DNA from: a virus
Length of the DNA: 64,000 bases
Direction: 5' to 3' (one strand)
IMG/VR virus record: IMGVR_UViG_3300043446_000435
Location: 21,441-85,440 of that record
Each line of letters opens with the position of its first letter. Within the stretch, counting starts at the first letter, position 1. The notes under the pieces were generated by a model. The model did not search any database and had not been told where the DNA came from. It saw only the letters and a program-made list of their open reading frames with translations. Positions 5,722-16,293 of the stretch are shown here, one piece after another. The translations under genes and the position numbers were made by a program.

Positions 5722-7557
5722 ATGAAAAAGATTCTAGCTGCTCTGGCGGCTCTGTTTGCGTTTGCAGAAATATCACTCGCACAAGATTACTCACTGAGCG
5801 CCAGCGGTTGGACTAATGGTCCTGCTGGCACAACGACCGCCACAGGAACACAAAACATCCAAGCTGGACCTAATGCTTGGGCGATTAGCCCATACACAGG
5901 TTCCACGATGGTTGGTCTAACACCAACATCTCCGACAGCAACTTATAGCAACATGACGTCTGCACTTGGTATGAGCGCAGCGTCTGTATCTGCTTTGTCT
6001 GCTGAGATCGCTGCACAGAATCCGCAAGGCGGCGGTAATATCACGAACGCAGCTTGGATCTACAAAGATTTCCCACTCGCAGCTGCTACGAAGTTCTCAA
6101 TGTATTGGGTCTATACGTCAACAGACTATGTTCCGTTCAACGATGGATCTATCACGACTTTCGTGAACACAGGTAACGCAGCAGCACTTGGTAAGATCAA
6201 CAACGTTCTTACACAATACATTCTGCTCGGTGCGACAAATCCAGGCACAGGTAACTATTCAACTGGCTCATACGGTTCGACTGGTTGGCAGATCGTCAAT
6301 TACGAAGCAGTAGATGCCGGAACGTATCGTCTTGGCTTCGCTTCATTCAATCAGGGTGACACTGCACTTTCTCCAGTTCTGTATGTGAATGATGGTCTAG
6401 GAACAGTAACAAAGAATGGGCAGACGTTTGGTGCTGTTGCTCCTAACGATCCAAACATGCCTACTGTGAATCCAACTCCGTCTGCTCCAACAGTTGTAAG
6501 CACAACGCCAACAAATCCAGTTGTCACTTCCTCAACGACATACGGAACGCCAACAACTGCTAATCTCGTGACTGTAGGAAGCACAAACACAGGATCTCTG
6601 TTCAATGTAACAAAGACAACAACTCCTGTAACTGCTACGCCATACACGATCACGACTGTGTCTACTCCAAAGGTCATTCAGACGTGGAGTGACAACACAA
6701 CTACGACGATCACTGATCCAAACAATCCTGCGACTACAACGACGCAGAACGGAACAGCTTATCAGACAGGAGCATCATCTTCTGATACGAAGTCTGTTTC
6801 GTCAGCTGGATCAAAGAACGCGATCAAATATACAAACATGAATCTGTTCCTTACAGATCCGCTCGCACACAATGATGGTGTATGGGCTGCTCCTATGGGT
6901 AGCAAAGGCGGAAAGTTTTCTGCTGGCGGTGGAGCTATGGGTTATCAGAATACAGTTGACGGAAACACATACGGATTTGCATTTAGCTATACTGAAGGAA
7001 CGTCGAAGGATACAGGATCGAAGACTGTGTCAGATTCTACAGCAGCTAACGCATACATCCTGAGCCGTCAGCCATATCTGTGGTTCAAAGCGAACGTTGG
7101 ATATAGCTCAAGCAATCATCAGACAAATGTTGCGATTCCTGAGTTCAATCTAGCGAACAACTCAAAGATTCGTCAGAACAATGTCTATGGTGACATTGGT
7201 GTTTATTCGCCAGTGACGTTTGCTGGATTCCGCCCACTTGCTGGCGTTCTGTTCAACACATGGAGCATCAACGGAAGCGAAACTGGTTCACCACTGCTTT
7301 CAAGTGTTCCTCCTAATGGTAGTGCTTCGAAAGCAAGCCCATACGTTGGCGCTCGTTACGAAGTAGGCAAGAAAACAGCTATCGAGACTAAGATCGTGAC
7401 GAACACAGAACAGAAAACGATTATAAGTAATAAGGTCACTGTCGCCGAAGAAATCTTTGATGGCGTGGCTGTAACTGCGACGTTAGGGTTTGACAAAGGC
7501 GTAGAACAGAAGTATAATAATGTTTATGGTCTAGTAGGATTAAAGTGGACGTTCTAA
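5722..7557 (+). CDS. exported Thr-rich protein with a C-terminal autotransporter-like beta-barrel
   Basis: Sec signal peptide, Thr/Pro-rich linker, amphipathic C-terminal strands ending VGLKWTF. Confidence 0.75.
   Translation: MKKILAALAALFAFAEISLAQDYSLSASGWTNGPAGTTTATGTQNIQAGPNAWAISPYTGSTMVGLTPTSPTATYSNMTSALGMSAASVSALSAEIAAQNPQGGGNITNAAWIYKDFPLAAATKFSMYWVYTSTDYVPFNDGSITTFVNTGNAAALGKINNVLTQYILLGATNPGTGNYSTGSYGSTGWQIVNYEAVDAGTYRLGFASFNQGDTALSPVLYVNDGLGTVTKNGQTFGAVAPNDPNMPTVNPTPSAPTVVSTTPTNPVVTSSTTYGTPTTANLVTVGSTNTGSLFNVTKTTTPVTATPYTITTVSTPKVIQTWSDNTTTTITDPNNPATTTTQNGTAYQTGASSSDTKSVSSAGSKNAIKYTNMNLFLTDPLAHNDGVWAAPMGSKGGKFSAGGGAMGYQNTVDGNTYGFAFSYTEGTSKDTGSKTVSDSTAANAYILSRQPYLWFKANVGYSSSNHQTNVAIPEFNLANNSKIRQNNVYGDIGVYSPVTFAGFRPLAGVLFNTWSINGSETGSPLLSSVPPNGSASKASPYVGARYEVGKKTAIETKIVTNTEQKTIISNKVTVAEEIFDGVAVTATLGFDKGVEQKYNNVYGLVGLKWTF
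7490..7518 (+). promoter_or_regulatory. sigma70-type promoter inside the upstream CDS
   Basis: TTGACA-17 nt-TATAAT. Confidence 0.75.
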
Positions 7558-7959
7558 ATGCTTGAATGTTTAATCATAGGCGACAGCATTGGGGTCGGAG
7601 TAAGCCAATTCCGACCTGAATGCAAAGCATATGTTCAGTCTGGTATAACTAGCTCAGGCTGGATACAGAAATGGGGTGAGAAGCCAGAAGATGCAAAGAT
7701 AGTAATCATTAGTCTTGGTGCCAATGATTACAGCGTGGATACAATGACACATATCAAACGTATCCGCAAGAATATCGAAGCACAAAGAGTTATCTGGCTT
7801 CTACCTCGAGCTGATAGAGTACCAATCGCAGTAAACGCAGTCTACGAAGTTGCTAGACAGTATAATGATGTTATTCTAGATAGACCTAAAGATGTTAGTC
7901 CCGATGGGATTCATCCGACTGCTAAGGGATATAAAGAGTTAGCGGATAAGACAAGATAG
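7558..7959 (+). CDS. SGNH/GDSL hydrolase
   Basis: IIGDS, SLGAND, DGIHP motifs. Confidence 0.85.
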   Translation: MLECLIIGDSIGVGVSQFRPECKAYVQSGITSSGWIQKWGEKPEDAKIVIISLGANDYSVDTMTHIKRIRKNIEAQRVIWLLPRADRVPIAVNAVYEVARQYNDVILDRPKDVSPDGIHPTAKGYKELADKTR

Positions 7960-7962
7960 TAT

Positions 7963-8036
7963 ATCGGTGAAGTGTTACGGTAGCACATCGGTCTCCAAAA
8001 CCGAGGGCGTGGGTTCGACTCCTACCACCGGTGCCA
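7963..8036 (+). tRNA. tRNA-Trp(CCA)
   Basis: ATCGGTG/CACCGGT, CT-CCA-AA, GCCA. Confidence 0.92.
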
Positions 8037-8979
8037 TCTTAAATCCGCCTTCAGGAATCAGCTTCTTCACGATTTCTTCAACAGAAAGAATTTCGTTGAT
8101 GTGCTGAATTCCCTGACCAATGAACAAATGACCACCTGTTCCCGTGACTCCAGCTTCTAATCCTCTAGAGTTGTTATCGTTGTCCCACTCTTCAATTTCT
8201 TGGAATACGATTCCGTTCTGCGGGAGACCGTTCGTAACAATATGAACGATTTCTTTGTCAGCCAAAACTCTAGCTTTGCTTTCTATGTTGATCTTGCATT
8301 CCTTTGACATAGCAAACACAGTTCCTAATCCCACCGCAGTTGCGCCACAATTAAGAGCTTCTTGAATATCTCTAGAAGTAGCAATACCACCACTGGCTAT
8401 GATATCTACTTCAGGATACAGGAATTTGGCTTTACTGATTAGCTTGTAGATGTTAGGCGTCGAGTAGTGAACCATACCAGCTCCCTTATTCGACTTGACG
8501 ATAATCGCGTCGATGATTCTATGCTTAATCATCTTCTGCGCAACTTCTTCGACAGGAACAAACAAACACTTAACAAAAATCTTGACGCCTTTGTTCTTTA
8601 GCTTTATGACATACTCAAGATACGTTTCTAGCTTGAAGCTGTTTTCTTTGCTACCGCCGTAATAAGGAACGATCTCAATATGACGAAGACCAAACATTTC
8701 TACCAGTTCAGAAATCTGCTCGAAGTGAGTCATCAGAAAAAAATCTGTCATGCTCAAAAGAACTCGACAACTTCCTGTTTCTTTCATTAGAAGCAACATA
8801 TCACTACGAAACTTATCGTAGTAAAAAATCTTACCCCAGCTATGACTATAAGATGACATAACTAGGCTAGGAAAACATCCAGCTTTACTAACTGCAATTG
8901 CAAGGTGAATATCTGAAGTCCTATTCATAGGCAAACAGATAATTGGATGTTCAGAATCAACAATATCCCTATGGCTCAT
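7975..8979 (-). CDS. nitronate monooxygenase-like FMN TIM-barrel oxidoreductase
   Basis: HPIICLPM, LAIAVSKAG, IIASGGIA, GATAVGLGTVF; likely start MSHRDIV. Confidence 0.8.
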   Translation of the reverse strand: MSHRDIVDSEHPIICLPMNRTSDIHLAIAVSKAGCFPSLVMSSYSHSWGKIFYYDKFRSDMLLLMKETGSCRVLLSMTDFFLMTHFEQISELVEMFGLRHIEIVPYYGGSKENSFKLETYLEYVIKLKNKGVKIFVKCLFVPVEEVAQKMIKHRIIDAIIVKSNKGAGMVHYSTPNIYKLISKAKFLYPEVDIIASGGIATSRDIQEALNCGATAVGLGTVFAMSKECKINIESKARVLADKEIVHIVTNGLPQNGIVFQEIEEWDNDNNSRGLEAGVTGTGGHLFIGQGIQHINEILSVEEIVKKLIPEGGFKMAPVVGVEPTPSVLETDVLP

Positions 8980-9009
8980 ACAACTATATAGCAATGATAT
9001 GATTAAGAA

Positions 9010-9475
9010 TATGAACATCGACGAAGTCCGCGAATTCATTCGTAACACATCTGACAATACCTGCATTTACATTGGTGCGGATAGCGAACGATATTGCGGC
9101 AAAGACAATCTGTGGTATGCCGACTACACTCTTGCTGTTGTGATTCACTATGAAGGATCAAAAGGCTGTAAGGTGTTCGGACGCATGGAAACAGAACGCG
9201 ACTTTGATCAGCGCATGGATCGCCCAGCGTTTCGTCTGATGAACGAAGTGTATAAAGTCGCGCAGCTGTATATGGATCTGGCTGAAGCGATTGGAGACCG
9301 CCATGCTGAAGTCCATCTTGATATTAACCCTGACATTATCCACGGTTCTAGCTGTGTTGTTCAGCAGGCGGTCGGCTACATTAGGGGAACGTGCAACGTG
9401 GTGCCTCGTGTCAAGCCTGATGCTTTTGCCGCTTCTTATGCTGCTGATAGGCTGAAGGAGATTCTAGCTGCGTAA
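9010..9475 (+). CDS. RNase H-like YkuK family protein
   Basis: IYIGADSE, RLMNEV, EVHLDIN, VKPDAFAASYAAD. Confidence 0.85.
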
Positions 9476-9530
9476 GCGAGTCCTACTGTTTTCCAACTTC
9501 TATGATGGGTTCCTAAAGAACGCATCTTCC

Positions 9531-10991
9531 ATGAGACTTGGAAATGAACTGCGAAAAGATGGATTTGAAGTAAAGCAGATCCATCACTTTGTCAAGTTCA
9601 GCGACGACGAACTTCGACTTATCATCGAAGATTTCTGTAAAGATCAAGACGCCGTTGTATGTATTAGCACATCGTTTCTGTCTGAAGAAGAGAATCGTAA
9701 CGAAAACGAAAATCCTACCTGGGGCTACGACGATGACGGAACAGACGTATTCCTTAAGATACTGTTCGTTTGTTTGGCTGCTAAGGTAGAATTCAAAGCC
9801 AAAGTTATGATTGGTGGCTGGATCATCGATCGCAGAAAGTTTCTAGATATAAACAGAAAGAAAGACTGGAAACTTCACTATCTTGAGAAGTATGTTGATT
9901 ACTTCGTTGAAGGAATGGGTGCCAGTGCTATCAAGAAACTATTCAACAACGAACCACAGAAAATCATAACGAATAAGCTAGTTCTAAGTGATGATATCTT
10001 AGACTATTCAGACGTTTCAACTGCTCCTACCAAAGACGACTACATCAATCCAAAAGAAGCTCTATACTTTGAGATCGCATCCGGCTGTATCTTTAGTTGT
10101 CACTTCTGCAACTTCGGATCGCTAGGTAAAAAGAAACATGAGTATATGCGTTCTTACGATAGCTTGAAGAACGAGATCGTAAGCAACTACGAAAACTTCG
10201 GAACTCGCATTTATCACGTCACAGATAACATCGTAAATGACTACCAAGAAAAGCTGAAAATGCTTATCAAGATTCGTAACGAAACTGGTATCGACTTGAA
10301 GTGGACTGGATACGTTCGACTCGACACGATCAAGACGAAAGAGCAGGCTGATCTGCTTTTAGAATCTGGTATGGTGGGTGCTCTTATGGGCATCGAATCA
10401 TTCAATCCATCGACAGGTAGATATATCGGTAAGATGACTGACGGTAAGCGTCTGATCGAAACGCTGCAACTATGCAGAGAATCGTGGAAAGACAATGTTA
10501 TTATTTCCAGCACATTCATTGCAGGTTTGCCCACAGAAACATATGAAACACTAGGTGAGACTTTCGAGTTTCTGATTTCCGATGAAGGATATTATCTTAT
10601 CGACACATTTCGATTCAACAAGTTTCATGTGACGAAAGAGTTCGACGATAAGAACGACATCAACAGAGCGCGCAATTCGCCGTTCAAAGACTACGTTATG
10701 ACTTCTGGTTCTTACTTCGGCACTGATTGGACTAGTCTCTGGACTAACTCTAAGGACATCGAAAAGCTGGTCATGAAGTTCAATAACATGATCCATCGTA
10801 AGACGATCGTAAACTCACAGAACATTGCCCAAATCTGTAATCTTGGCTACGAGCCAGAAGAAGTCGTAAAGATGGGCAGACTGGGCATAAAGAAGTATGA
10901 AGTGCAGTTTGATACCAAGACGGATCAGCTAATCAAGGAATATAAAGAAAAAGTCTTGGCAGACATAAAAGCCTTGACAACCGTAGATTGA
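9531..10991 (+). CDS. radical SAM protein (B12-binding class-like)
   Basis: GCIFSCHFC (CxxxCxxC), GIES, FIAGLPTET. Confidence 0.85.
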   Translation: MRLGNELRKDGFEVKQIHHFVKFSDDELRLIIEDFCKDQDAVVCISTSFLSEEENRNENENPTWGYDDDGTDVFLKILFVCLAAKVEFKAKVMIGGWIIDRRKFLDINRKKDWKLHYLEKYVDYFVEGMGASAIKKLFNNEPQKIITNKLVLSDDILDYSDVSTAPTKDDYINPKEALYFEIASGCIFSCHFCNFGSLGKKKHEYMRSYDSLKNEIVSNYENFGTRIYHVTDNIVNDYQEKLKMLIKIRNETGIDLKWTGYVRLDTIKTKEQADLLLESGMVGALMGIESFNPSTGRYIGKMTDGKRLIETLQLCRESWKDNVIISSTFIAGLPTETYETLGETFEFLISDEGYYLIDTFRFNKFHVTKEFDDKNDINRARNSPFKDYVMTSGSYFGTDWTSLWTNSKDIEKLVMKFNNMIHRKTIVNSQNIAQICNLGYEPEEVVKMGRLGIKKYEVQFDTKTDQLIKEYKEKVLADIKALTTVD

Positions 10992-11002
10992 TAGCATATA
11001 AT
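10974..11002 (+). promoter_or_regulatory. sigma70-type promoter
   Basis: TTGACA-17 nt-TATAAT. Confidence 0.85.
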
Positions 11003-11028
11003 GAATACTGTGATGAGGGGTCAATATC

Positions 11029-11424
11029 ATGCCTATCTTGCCAATCTACTACAACACAACCAACTTCCGTAAACGTAAAGCTCGTAAGCCAACTCAGGCT
11101 ATGATCGAGTCACAACGACTGACCAACGAGCTGCTTGAGAAAGTAGGTTACTTCAAGCCACGCACTACTCAGTCCAAGAAGTTTTCCTACTCACTTGCTG
11201 TAGAGTCTAATGCTGCTCCGCTCTCTAATACAATTCCTGGTGGCGCTGCTGCTAAACGCGATATTCGCACTGATCATAAGTGGAAGCGAGATCGTGAAGA
11301 AAAGCCAGAAACGATTGAAGCAATTGAAAAGAAAGCTATGCGGGTAGCACCTGCCTACAATAAAGGTGCTGTGCAATATATTACCGATGAAACTGATGCT
11401 AAGTATCTTGGGAGAAAGATATGA
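11029..11424 (+). CDS. conserved T4-like hypothetical protein
   Basis: RBS GAGG; C-terminal APAYNKGAVQY motif. Confidence 0.75.
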   Translation: MPILPIYYNTTNFRKRKARKPTQAMIESQRLTNELLEKVGYFKPRTTQSKKFSYSLAVESNAAPLSNTIPGGAAAKRDIRTDHKWKRDREEKPETIEAIEKKAMRVAPAYNKGAVQYITDETDAKYLGRKI

Positions 11425-11675
11425 TCTGGTCTAAACCTGAATTGGCTGAAATGTTGCGTTCTAGTGTTCTTGAGGTATCGTTCACTAAGAAAGATGGCTC
11501 AGGGCGTGTTATGAACTGCACGTTGCAGGAAAAGTATCTGCCACCGCTTATGGAAGATACGGAAGTCGCTACCAAGGATAATCCAAATGTGCTTGCTGTT
11601 TGGGATATAGATAATAGTGGATGGCGTTCATTCCGTATCAATTCTATTGTTGACGTGAGGATTGTAAATGACTAA
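11421..11675 (+). CDS. WYL_2 / Sm-like SH3-fold protein
   Basis: FTKKDGSGRVMNCTL...VWDIDNSGWRSFR. Confidence 0.8.
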   Translation: MIWSKPELAEMLRSSVLEVSFTKKDGSGRVMNCTLQEKYLPPLMEDTEVATKDNPNVLAVWDIDNSGWRSFRINSIVDVRIVND

Positions 11676-12666
11676 ACTGAATATCACTGGGTTGAAAGAA
11701 TCATCTCAGTCGCTCGAGCCGAAGGATCTTGATCCTGCTAACAATGGCACATACGAGCATATTGGTTCGCAGGGTGGAACTGAACAGATGGTAGCTGGAC
11801 TGCGTCAGCGTCTGCCAGCAGATCTGCTTGATAAGTTCAATATCATCTGCTCGCGCGTGCGTGACGAAAATATCAGCAAGACTAAGAAAAACATTCTGTG
11901 GTTGCACGATACCTGGGATGATCCAGAGTCGCAGCATCTGAGGGATAAGAAATCGCTAGAGCGTTTTGAGAAGTTGATTTTCGTGTCGAACTATCAGCAG
12001 TCGACATATAACATTGGGCTCGACGTTCCCTACGACAAGGGTATCGTGATGCAGAATGCAATCGTTCCTATTGAGCAGCATCAAAAGCCAAAGGGCACGA
12101 TCAACATTATCTATCATACGACACCACATCGTGGGCTTGAAATTCTTATTCCTGTCTGTGAGTTTCTTGCTAATCGTGGTTTAGATTTTCATCTCGACGT
12201 TTACTCGTCATTTGGTATCTACGGTTGGCCGCAGCGCGATCTACCTTATCAGTCAATGTTCGAGAAGATCAAGAATCATCCCAACATGACTTATCATGGA
12301 TGGCAGCCGAACTCTGTCATTCGCGAAGCTCTGAAGAAAGCTCACATCTATGCGTATCCGAGCATCTGGCCAGAGACTTCAGGTATCTCAGTCATCGAAG
12401 CTATGAGCGCTGGTTGTAATGTGATTTGTCCTTCATTGGCTGCATTGCCTGAGACTTGTGCGAACTTCGCAGTCATGTATGGCTGGACTGAAAACAATAA
12501 CAAACACGCCAATCAGTTTGCTGGTCTGCTGAATATGGTGATCGAGCAATACTGGGCAGAGTTCAATCAGGAACGACTCAAGTTCCAAAAAGCCTATTTC
12601 GACACCTTCTATAATTGGGATATGCGAGCCCGCCAATGGGAAGATCTGTTGACTTCGATGGCTTGA
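11668..12666 (+). CDS. glycosyltransferase, GT-B (family 4-like)
   Basis: GGTE, LWLHD, TPHRGL, YPSIWPETSGISVIEAMSAG. Confidence 0.9.
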   Translation: MTKLNITGLKESSQSLEPKDLDPANNGTYEHIGSQGGTEQMVAGLRQRLPADLLDKFNIICSRVRDENISKTKKNILWLHDTWDDPESQHLRDKKSLERFEKLIFVSNYQQSTYNIGLDVPYDKGIVMQNAIVPIEQHQKPKGTINIIYHTTPHRGLEILIPVCEFLANRGLDFHLDVYSSFGIYGWPQRDLPYQSMFEKIKNHPNMTYHGWQPNSVIREALKKAHIYAYPSIWPETSGISVIEAMSAGCNVICPSLAALPETCANFAVMYGWTENNNKHANQFAGLLNMVIEQYWAEFNQERLKFQKAYFDTFYNWDMRARQWEDLLTSMA

Positions 12667-12691
12667 CAACTACCCGCCACTGTGATATACT
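12663..12691 (+). promoter_or_regulatory. sigma70-type promoter
   Basis: TTGACA-17 nt-TATACT. Confidence 0.8.
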
Positions 12692-12714
12692 AATCATAGT
12701 GAAAGGAGCAACGT

Positions 12715-13851
12715 ATGGCAAAGAATCTGCTCAAAATTGCGCCAAAGAAAAAGCGCACGATTACGCCACGTGGGCTTGACGCCAAGCATTTTGGTGAAGA
12801 GCCCACTTGGGATGATCAGCAATGGCTTAGTGAAAGTGAACTCCAGTCTCGTTTAGGTAAAGCCTACAACTGGTACAATTATTTCTACGAAGCCAAAGAC
12901 GGTCGCAAGTATCTGCTAGACTATATGGCAGAACAAGACTTTTCCAAATCGGCTCAGAATATGCTCAATCGTATATCTGATGCCAAGCTAAACAGCACCA
13001 TGTGCAACACAGCTCGTATGTTCTCTATGGGCTTGATGCACAGTAGTCTGCGCGATCGTCTTGATACCTACATCGCAAAGCTCGTAGAAGAAGGCGTAGA
13101 GCTGACAAAGAAAGATAAGGCTGCCGCTGCGGCTGTAGCCAATCTTCCTGAGATCACAACTAATCCTGCTGGTGCTCTGATCGCCGACATCGAAGATATG
13201 CTCGACAATGAAGCATCGTTCGACGACTTCTATAAGTGGCTCAAGGGCAAGAACGTCAAGCCTGCGCAAGCTCGCGCGATCGCTGATTACTATACGCCGT
13301 GGGCTGAAGAGCTGGAAGAAGCACAGAAAACCAAGGACGCTGACCTCAAGTATGCGTATCGTCATCTGAGCAAGAAAGAGCTGACTGCACGTATCGCTAC
13401 GATGCGTGGTATTATCAACGACTGCGAATCACTCGTCTCGAACAATCGTAAGTCTGTTGTGCGCAAGCCGCGCAAGACTAAGCCAAAGTCTGCTGACAAG
13501 CTCGTGTCCAAGATGAAGTTCCAGAAGGAATCGAACGAGCTTAAGATCGTATCTATTGATCCAACAAAGATCGTTGGTGCGAAAGAGCTTTGGACGTTCA
13601 ACACTAAATACAACGTCTTGGCTCACTACTGGTCAGAACAAGGTTTGTCCGTTAAGGGCACAACGCTCCAAGGTGTTGATCCTGGGCGTTCTTTCCAGAA
13701 GAAGCTGCGTAAACCAGCAGATGTTCTCCCATCCATCACGGGTAGTACCTCAAAGGCTGCCGAACGTGCATTCGATGCCCTCAAGACGAAAGAAGCTACT
13801 CCCAATGGAAGAATCAATGAGTTCACGATCATCCTCAGGGCAATCAAATAA
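12715..13851 (+). CDS. conserved T4-like hypothetical protein
   Basis: 378 aa ORF with AAGGAG RBS; YNWYNY, SIDPTKIVGA, KLRKP, NGRINE. Confidence 0.8.
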   Translation: MAKNLLKIAPKKKRTITPRGLDAKHFGEEPTWDDQQWLSESELQSRLGKAYNWYNYFYEAKDGRKYLLDYMAEQDFSKSAQNMLNRISDAKLNSTMCNTARMFSMGLMHSSLRDRLDTYIAKLVEEGVELTKKDKAAAAAVANLPEITTNPAGALIADIEDMLDNEASFDDFYKWLKGKNVKPAQARAIADYYTPWAEELEEAQKTKDADLKYAYRHLSKKELTARIATMRGIINDCESLVSNNRKSVVRKPRKTKPKSADKLVSKMKFQKESNELKIVSIDPTKIVGAKELWTFNTKYNVLAHYWSEQGLSVKGTTLQGVDPGRSFQKKLRKPADVLPSITGSTSKAAERAFDALKTKEATPNGRINEFTIILRAIK

Positions 13852-14179
13852 TAACGTCATTAGATTTCCTAAGGCAAACATCCGTGTCGTTCCGCCTGCA
13901 GAAGATGATGCTGCGCGCGAAGCTACGAAACGTGCATACGTCGATGAAGTCGTCGAAGCCTATGCTGCACACATAGCCAACAAACTGGCGCAGCAAGGCT
14001 TTGACGTATTCAACAAACAGTTCGACAAGCATTATGGCTTTACAGTCGAAGCCTTACGTTCAACATTGCTTATGACGATGGGGCTAAAGCATCCGTTTCA
14101 GGAAGTCGTTGAACACACTGTAAAAAGCCTAGCTGAAATGAACGACAACGATGAAGATGATGATTACGATCCGGCTTGA
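13817..14179 (+). CDS. hypothetical protein
   Basis: NNVIRFP N-terminus, acidic tail; start adjusted from the ORF track. Confidence 0.7.
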   Translation: MSSRSSSGQSNNNVIRFPKANIRVVPPAEDDAAREATKRAYVDEVVEAYAAHIANKLAQQGFDVFNKQFDKHYGFTVEALRSTLLMTMGLKHPFQEVVEHTVKSLAEMNDNDEDDDYDPA

Positions 14180-14204
14180 CAATCGCGCATGATTGATATA
14201 TGAT
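14176..14204 (+). promoter_or_regulatory. sigma70-type promoter
   Basis: TTGACA-17 nt-TATGAT. Confidence 0.75.
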
Positions 14205-14227
14205 AATATCATGCAATGGAGTAGATT

Positions 14228-15088
14228 ATGATTCTCGTGGATTTTAGCCAAGTCATGATTTCTAACATCATGATGCAACTAGCCAACAACGAAAGTAAAC
14301 TCGACGAAGATATGGTAAGACACATGGTTCTTGCCAGTCTTCGACTATACAAGCGCAAGTTTGGCTCAGAGTATGGCGAACTCGTTATCTGTGCTGACGG
14401 TCCAAATTGTTGGCGCAAAGAAGTATTCCCTCACTACAAGGCTGGCAGACGTAAGGCTCGTGAGAAATCGCAGCATGACTGGTCGACGATCTTCAATGCG
14501 CTGCACAAGATTCGCGATGAGATCGCTGATAATATGCCGTATCCTGTTCTGCGCTTCGAACGTGCGGAAGCTGACGACATCATTGGTGCTCTGTGTCATG
14601 CGTTTGGTCAGCACGGCGTAGTCACAGAAAAGATTCTGATTGTGTCCGGCGACAAAGATTTCGTTCAGTTGCAGAAGTATGATAACGTCAATCAGTATTC
14701 GCCAATCATGAAGAAGTTCGTGACTCCTGACGTTAATCCTGAGCGGTTCAAGCAGTATCACATTCTGCAAGGCGATAGTGGTGACGGTGTGCCTAACTTC
14801 TTGTCGGCTGACGACACATTTGTGTCTGGTAGTCGTCAGAAACCACTCCCTAAGAAAAAGCTCGAAGAGTGGACTCTGCTTCAGCCTGAAGACTACTGTC
14901 AGGGTGAGATGCTTCGCAACTATCATCGCAACAAGATGATGGTTGATCTAGACTGCATCCCAGATTCATTGCAGAACGAGATTGTGTCTAAATACAACGA
15001 GTATGAACGTAATCCTCGTAACAAGATTTTCAACTATTTCGTTCAGCATAAGCTGCGTCAGCTGACAGAAGCTATCTCGGAATTCTAA
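14228..15088 (+). CDS. rnh: T4-type RNase H (5'-3' exonuclease)
   Basis: ILVDFSQ, WRK..FPHYKAGR, EADDII, SGDKDFVQL, GDSGDGVPN. Confidence 0.95.
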   Translation: MILVDFSQVMISNIMMQLANNESKLDEDMVRHMVLASLRLYKRKFGSEYGELVICADGPNCWRKEVFPHYKAGRRKAREKSQHDWSTIFNALHKIRDEIADNMPYPVLRFERAEADDIIGALCHAFGQHGVVTEKILIVSGDKDFVQLQKYDNVNQYSPIMKKFVTPDVNPERFKQYHILQGDSGDGVPNFLSADDTFVSGSRQKPLPKKKLEEWTLLQPEDYCQGEMLRNYHRNKMMVDLDCIPDSLQNEIVSKYNEYERNPRNKIFNYFVQHKLRQLTEAISEF

Positions 15089-15678
15089 TGATAACATGGA
15101 GCAGAAACTACGACGAGTATGTTATCGAGAAGTATGGTAAAGAATATCTTGACGCTATTCGAACGCCAGCTCGATATCAATTTCCAACGAAAGAAGGGAT
15201 GAGATACTTTCCGTATTTCTGCTATCGTTTTAACATCAACTCTGTTATAGACTATGGTGCTGGATACCATCGTATGATGGAAGTTCCGAGCGATGTTTCC
15301 GTGGTCTATTACGATCCTTATATTAAAGACATAAGTAGAAGACCAGAACAATCTGCGGATGCTATCATTCTGTATAATGTTATCAATGGTATTGAGCCAG
15401 ATTTCATTGAAGAATTCCTAGATGACGTTCGTAAACTGTGTAACGAATATGTGTTCTGTGTCTTGAGAACTCCTGGTTTATATGGTACTACGATCGAAAC
15501 GTATCGTGAGAAATTCGTAAAGCGAGGATTCATCATATTCGAAGAACATCTTCAAACTCTAGATGAGTTCTATGAAAAAACTGAAAACAGTAACTTCGAT
15601 GCCCTTTTCAAAAAAAGAGGTGCTCGTATTAAGAATGAAATGTATTTCGCCATACTAAAGAAAGATCCAAACTTCTGA
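15088..15678 (+). CDS. class I SAM methyltransferase-like protein
   Basis: SVIDYGAG, YYDP, ADAIILYNVI..IEP. Confidence 0.55.
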   Translation: MITWSRNYDEYVIEKYGKEYLDAIRTPARYQFPTKEGMRYFPYFCYRFNINSVIDYGAGYHRMMEVPSDVSVVYYDPYIKDISRRPEQSADAIILYNVINGIEPDFIEEFLDDVRKLCNEYVFCVLRTPGLYGTTIETYREKFVKRGFIIFEEHLQTLDEFYEKTENSNFDALFKKRGARIKNEMYFAILKKDPNF

Positions 15679-15685
15679 GGCTCAA

Positions 15686-15886
15686 ATGACAATACACATG
15701 GCTATCCAAATCCTGCTTACGATTTTTGTTACAGGTACTTGCACATTACTGGCTATCAACTTTATCACAATCGCGAAAGATCAGATTAAGCTGCAGAAGT
15801 GGTTTACTCTGACAGCACGATCATTGTTCGTGTTTCACATGATTGCAATTCCTGCTGCTATTATCAATCTTATCTGGAGTTTCTAA
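15686..15886 (+). CDS. small membrane protein
   Basis: Two hydrophobic helices, GAGG RBS. Confidence 0.7.
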   Translation: MTIHMAIQILLTIFVTGTCTLLAINFITIAKDQIKLQKWFTLTARSLFVFHMIAIPAAIINLIWSF

Positions 15887-16293
15887 TGATCGATCTGAAT
15901 AAGTATGCCGACTTTGTTATGGCTGTTACGAGTAAGGAAAGCCGTGAAGTCGAACAGTTCATCGAACGACTCAAAGAAGTTCATTACGGAAACAGCACTC
16001 TGAATGGTTCTCTTCTCCTGACCGCCATGATCGGTATGACGAGTGAAGCGGGCGAAGCGCAGGAAATCATCAAGAAAGTTCTGTTCCAGGGCAAACCATT
16101 CACAGATGAAACTCGCGCGCACTTGAGCAAAGAACTTGGTGACGTCATTTGGTATTGGGTCAATGCTTGTAATGCTCTTGGTCTGAATCCAAACGAAGTT
16201 GTTCAGCAGAACGTAGAAAAGCTGCAAGCTCGTTATCCAGGCGGAACGTTCAACGCCCACTATTCTGAAAATCGCAGAGAAGGTGATATCTAA
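15886..16293 (+). CDS. mazG: MazG-like nucleotide pyrophosphohydrolase
   Basis: GMTSEAGEAQEIIKK, KELGDVIWY, NVEKLQARYP. Confidence 0.9.
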   Translation: MIDLNKYADFVMAVTSKESREVEQFIERLKEVHYGNSTLNGSLLLTAMIGMTSEAGEAQEIIKKVLFQGKPFTDETRAHLSKELGDVIWYWVNACNALGLNPNEVVQQNVEKLQARYPGGTFNAHYSENRREGDI

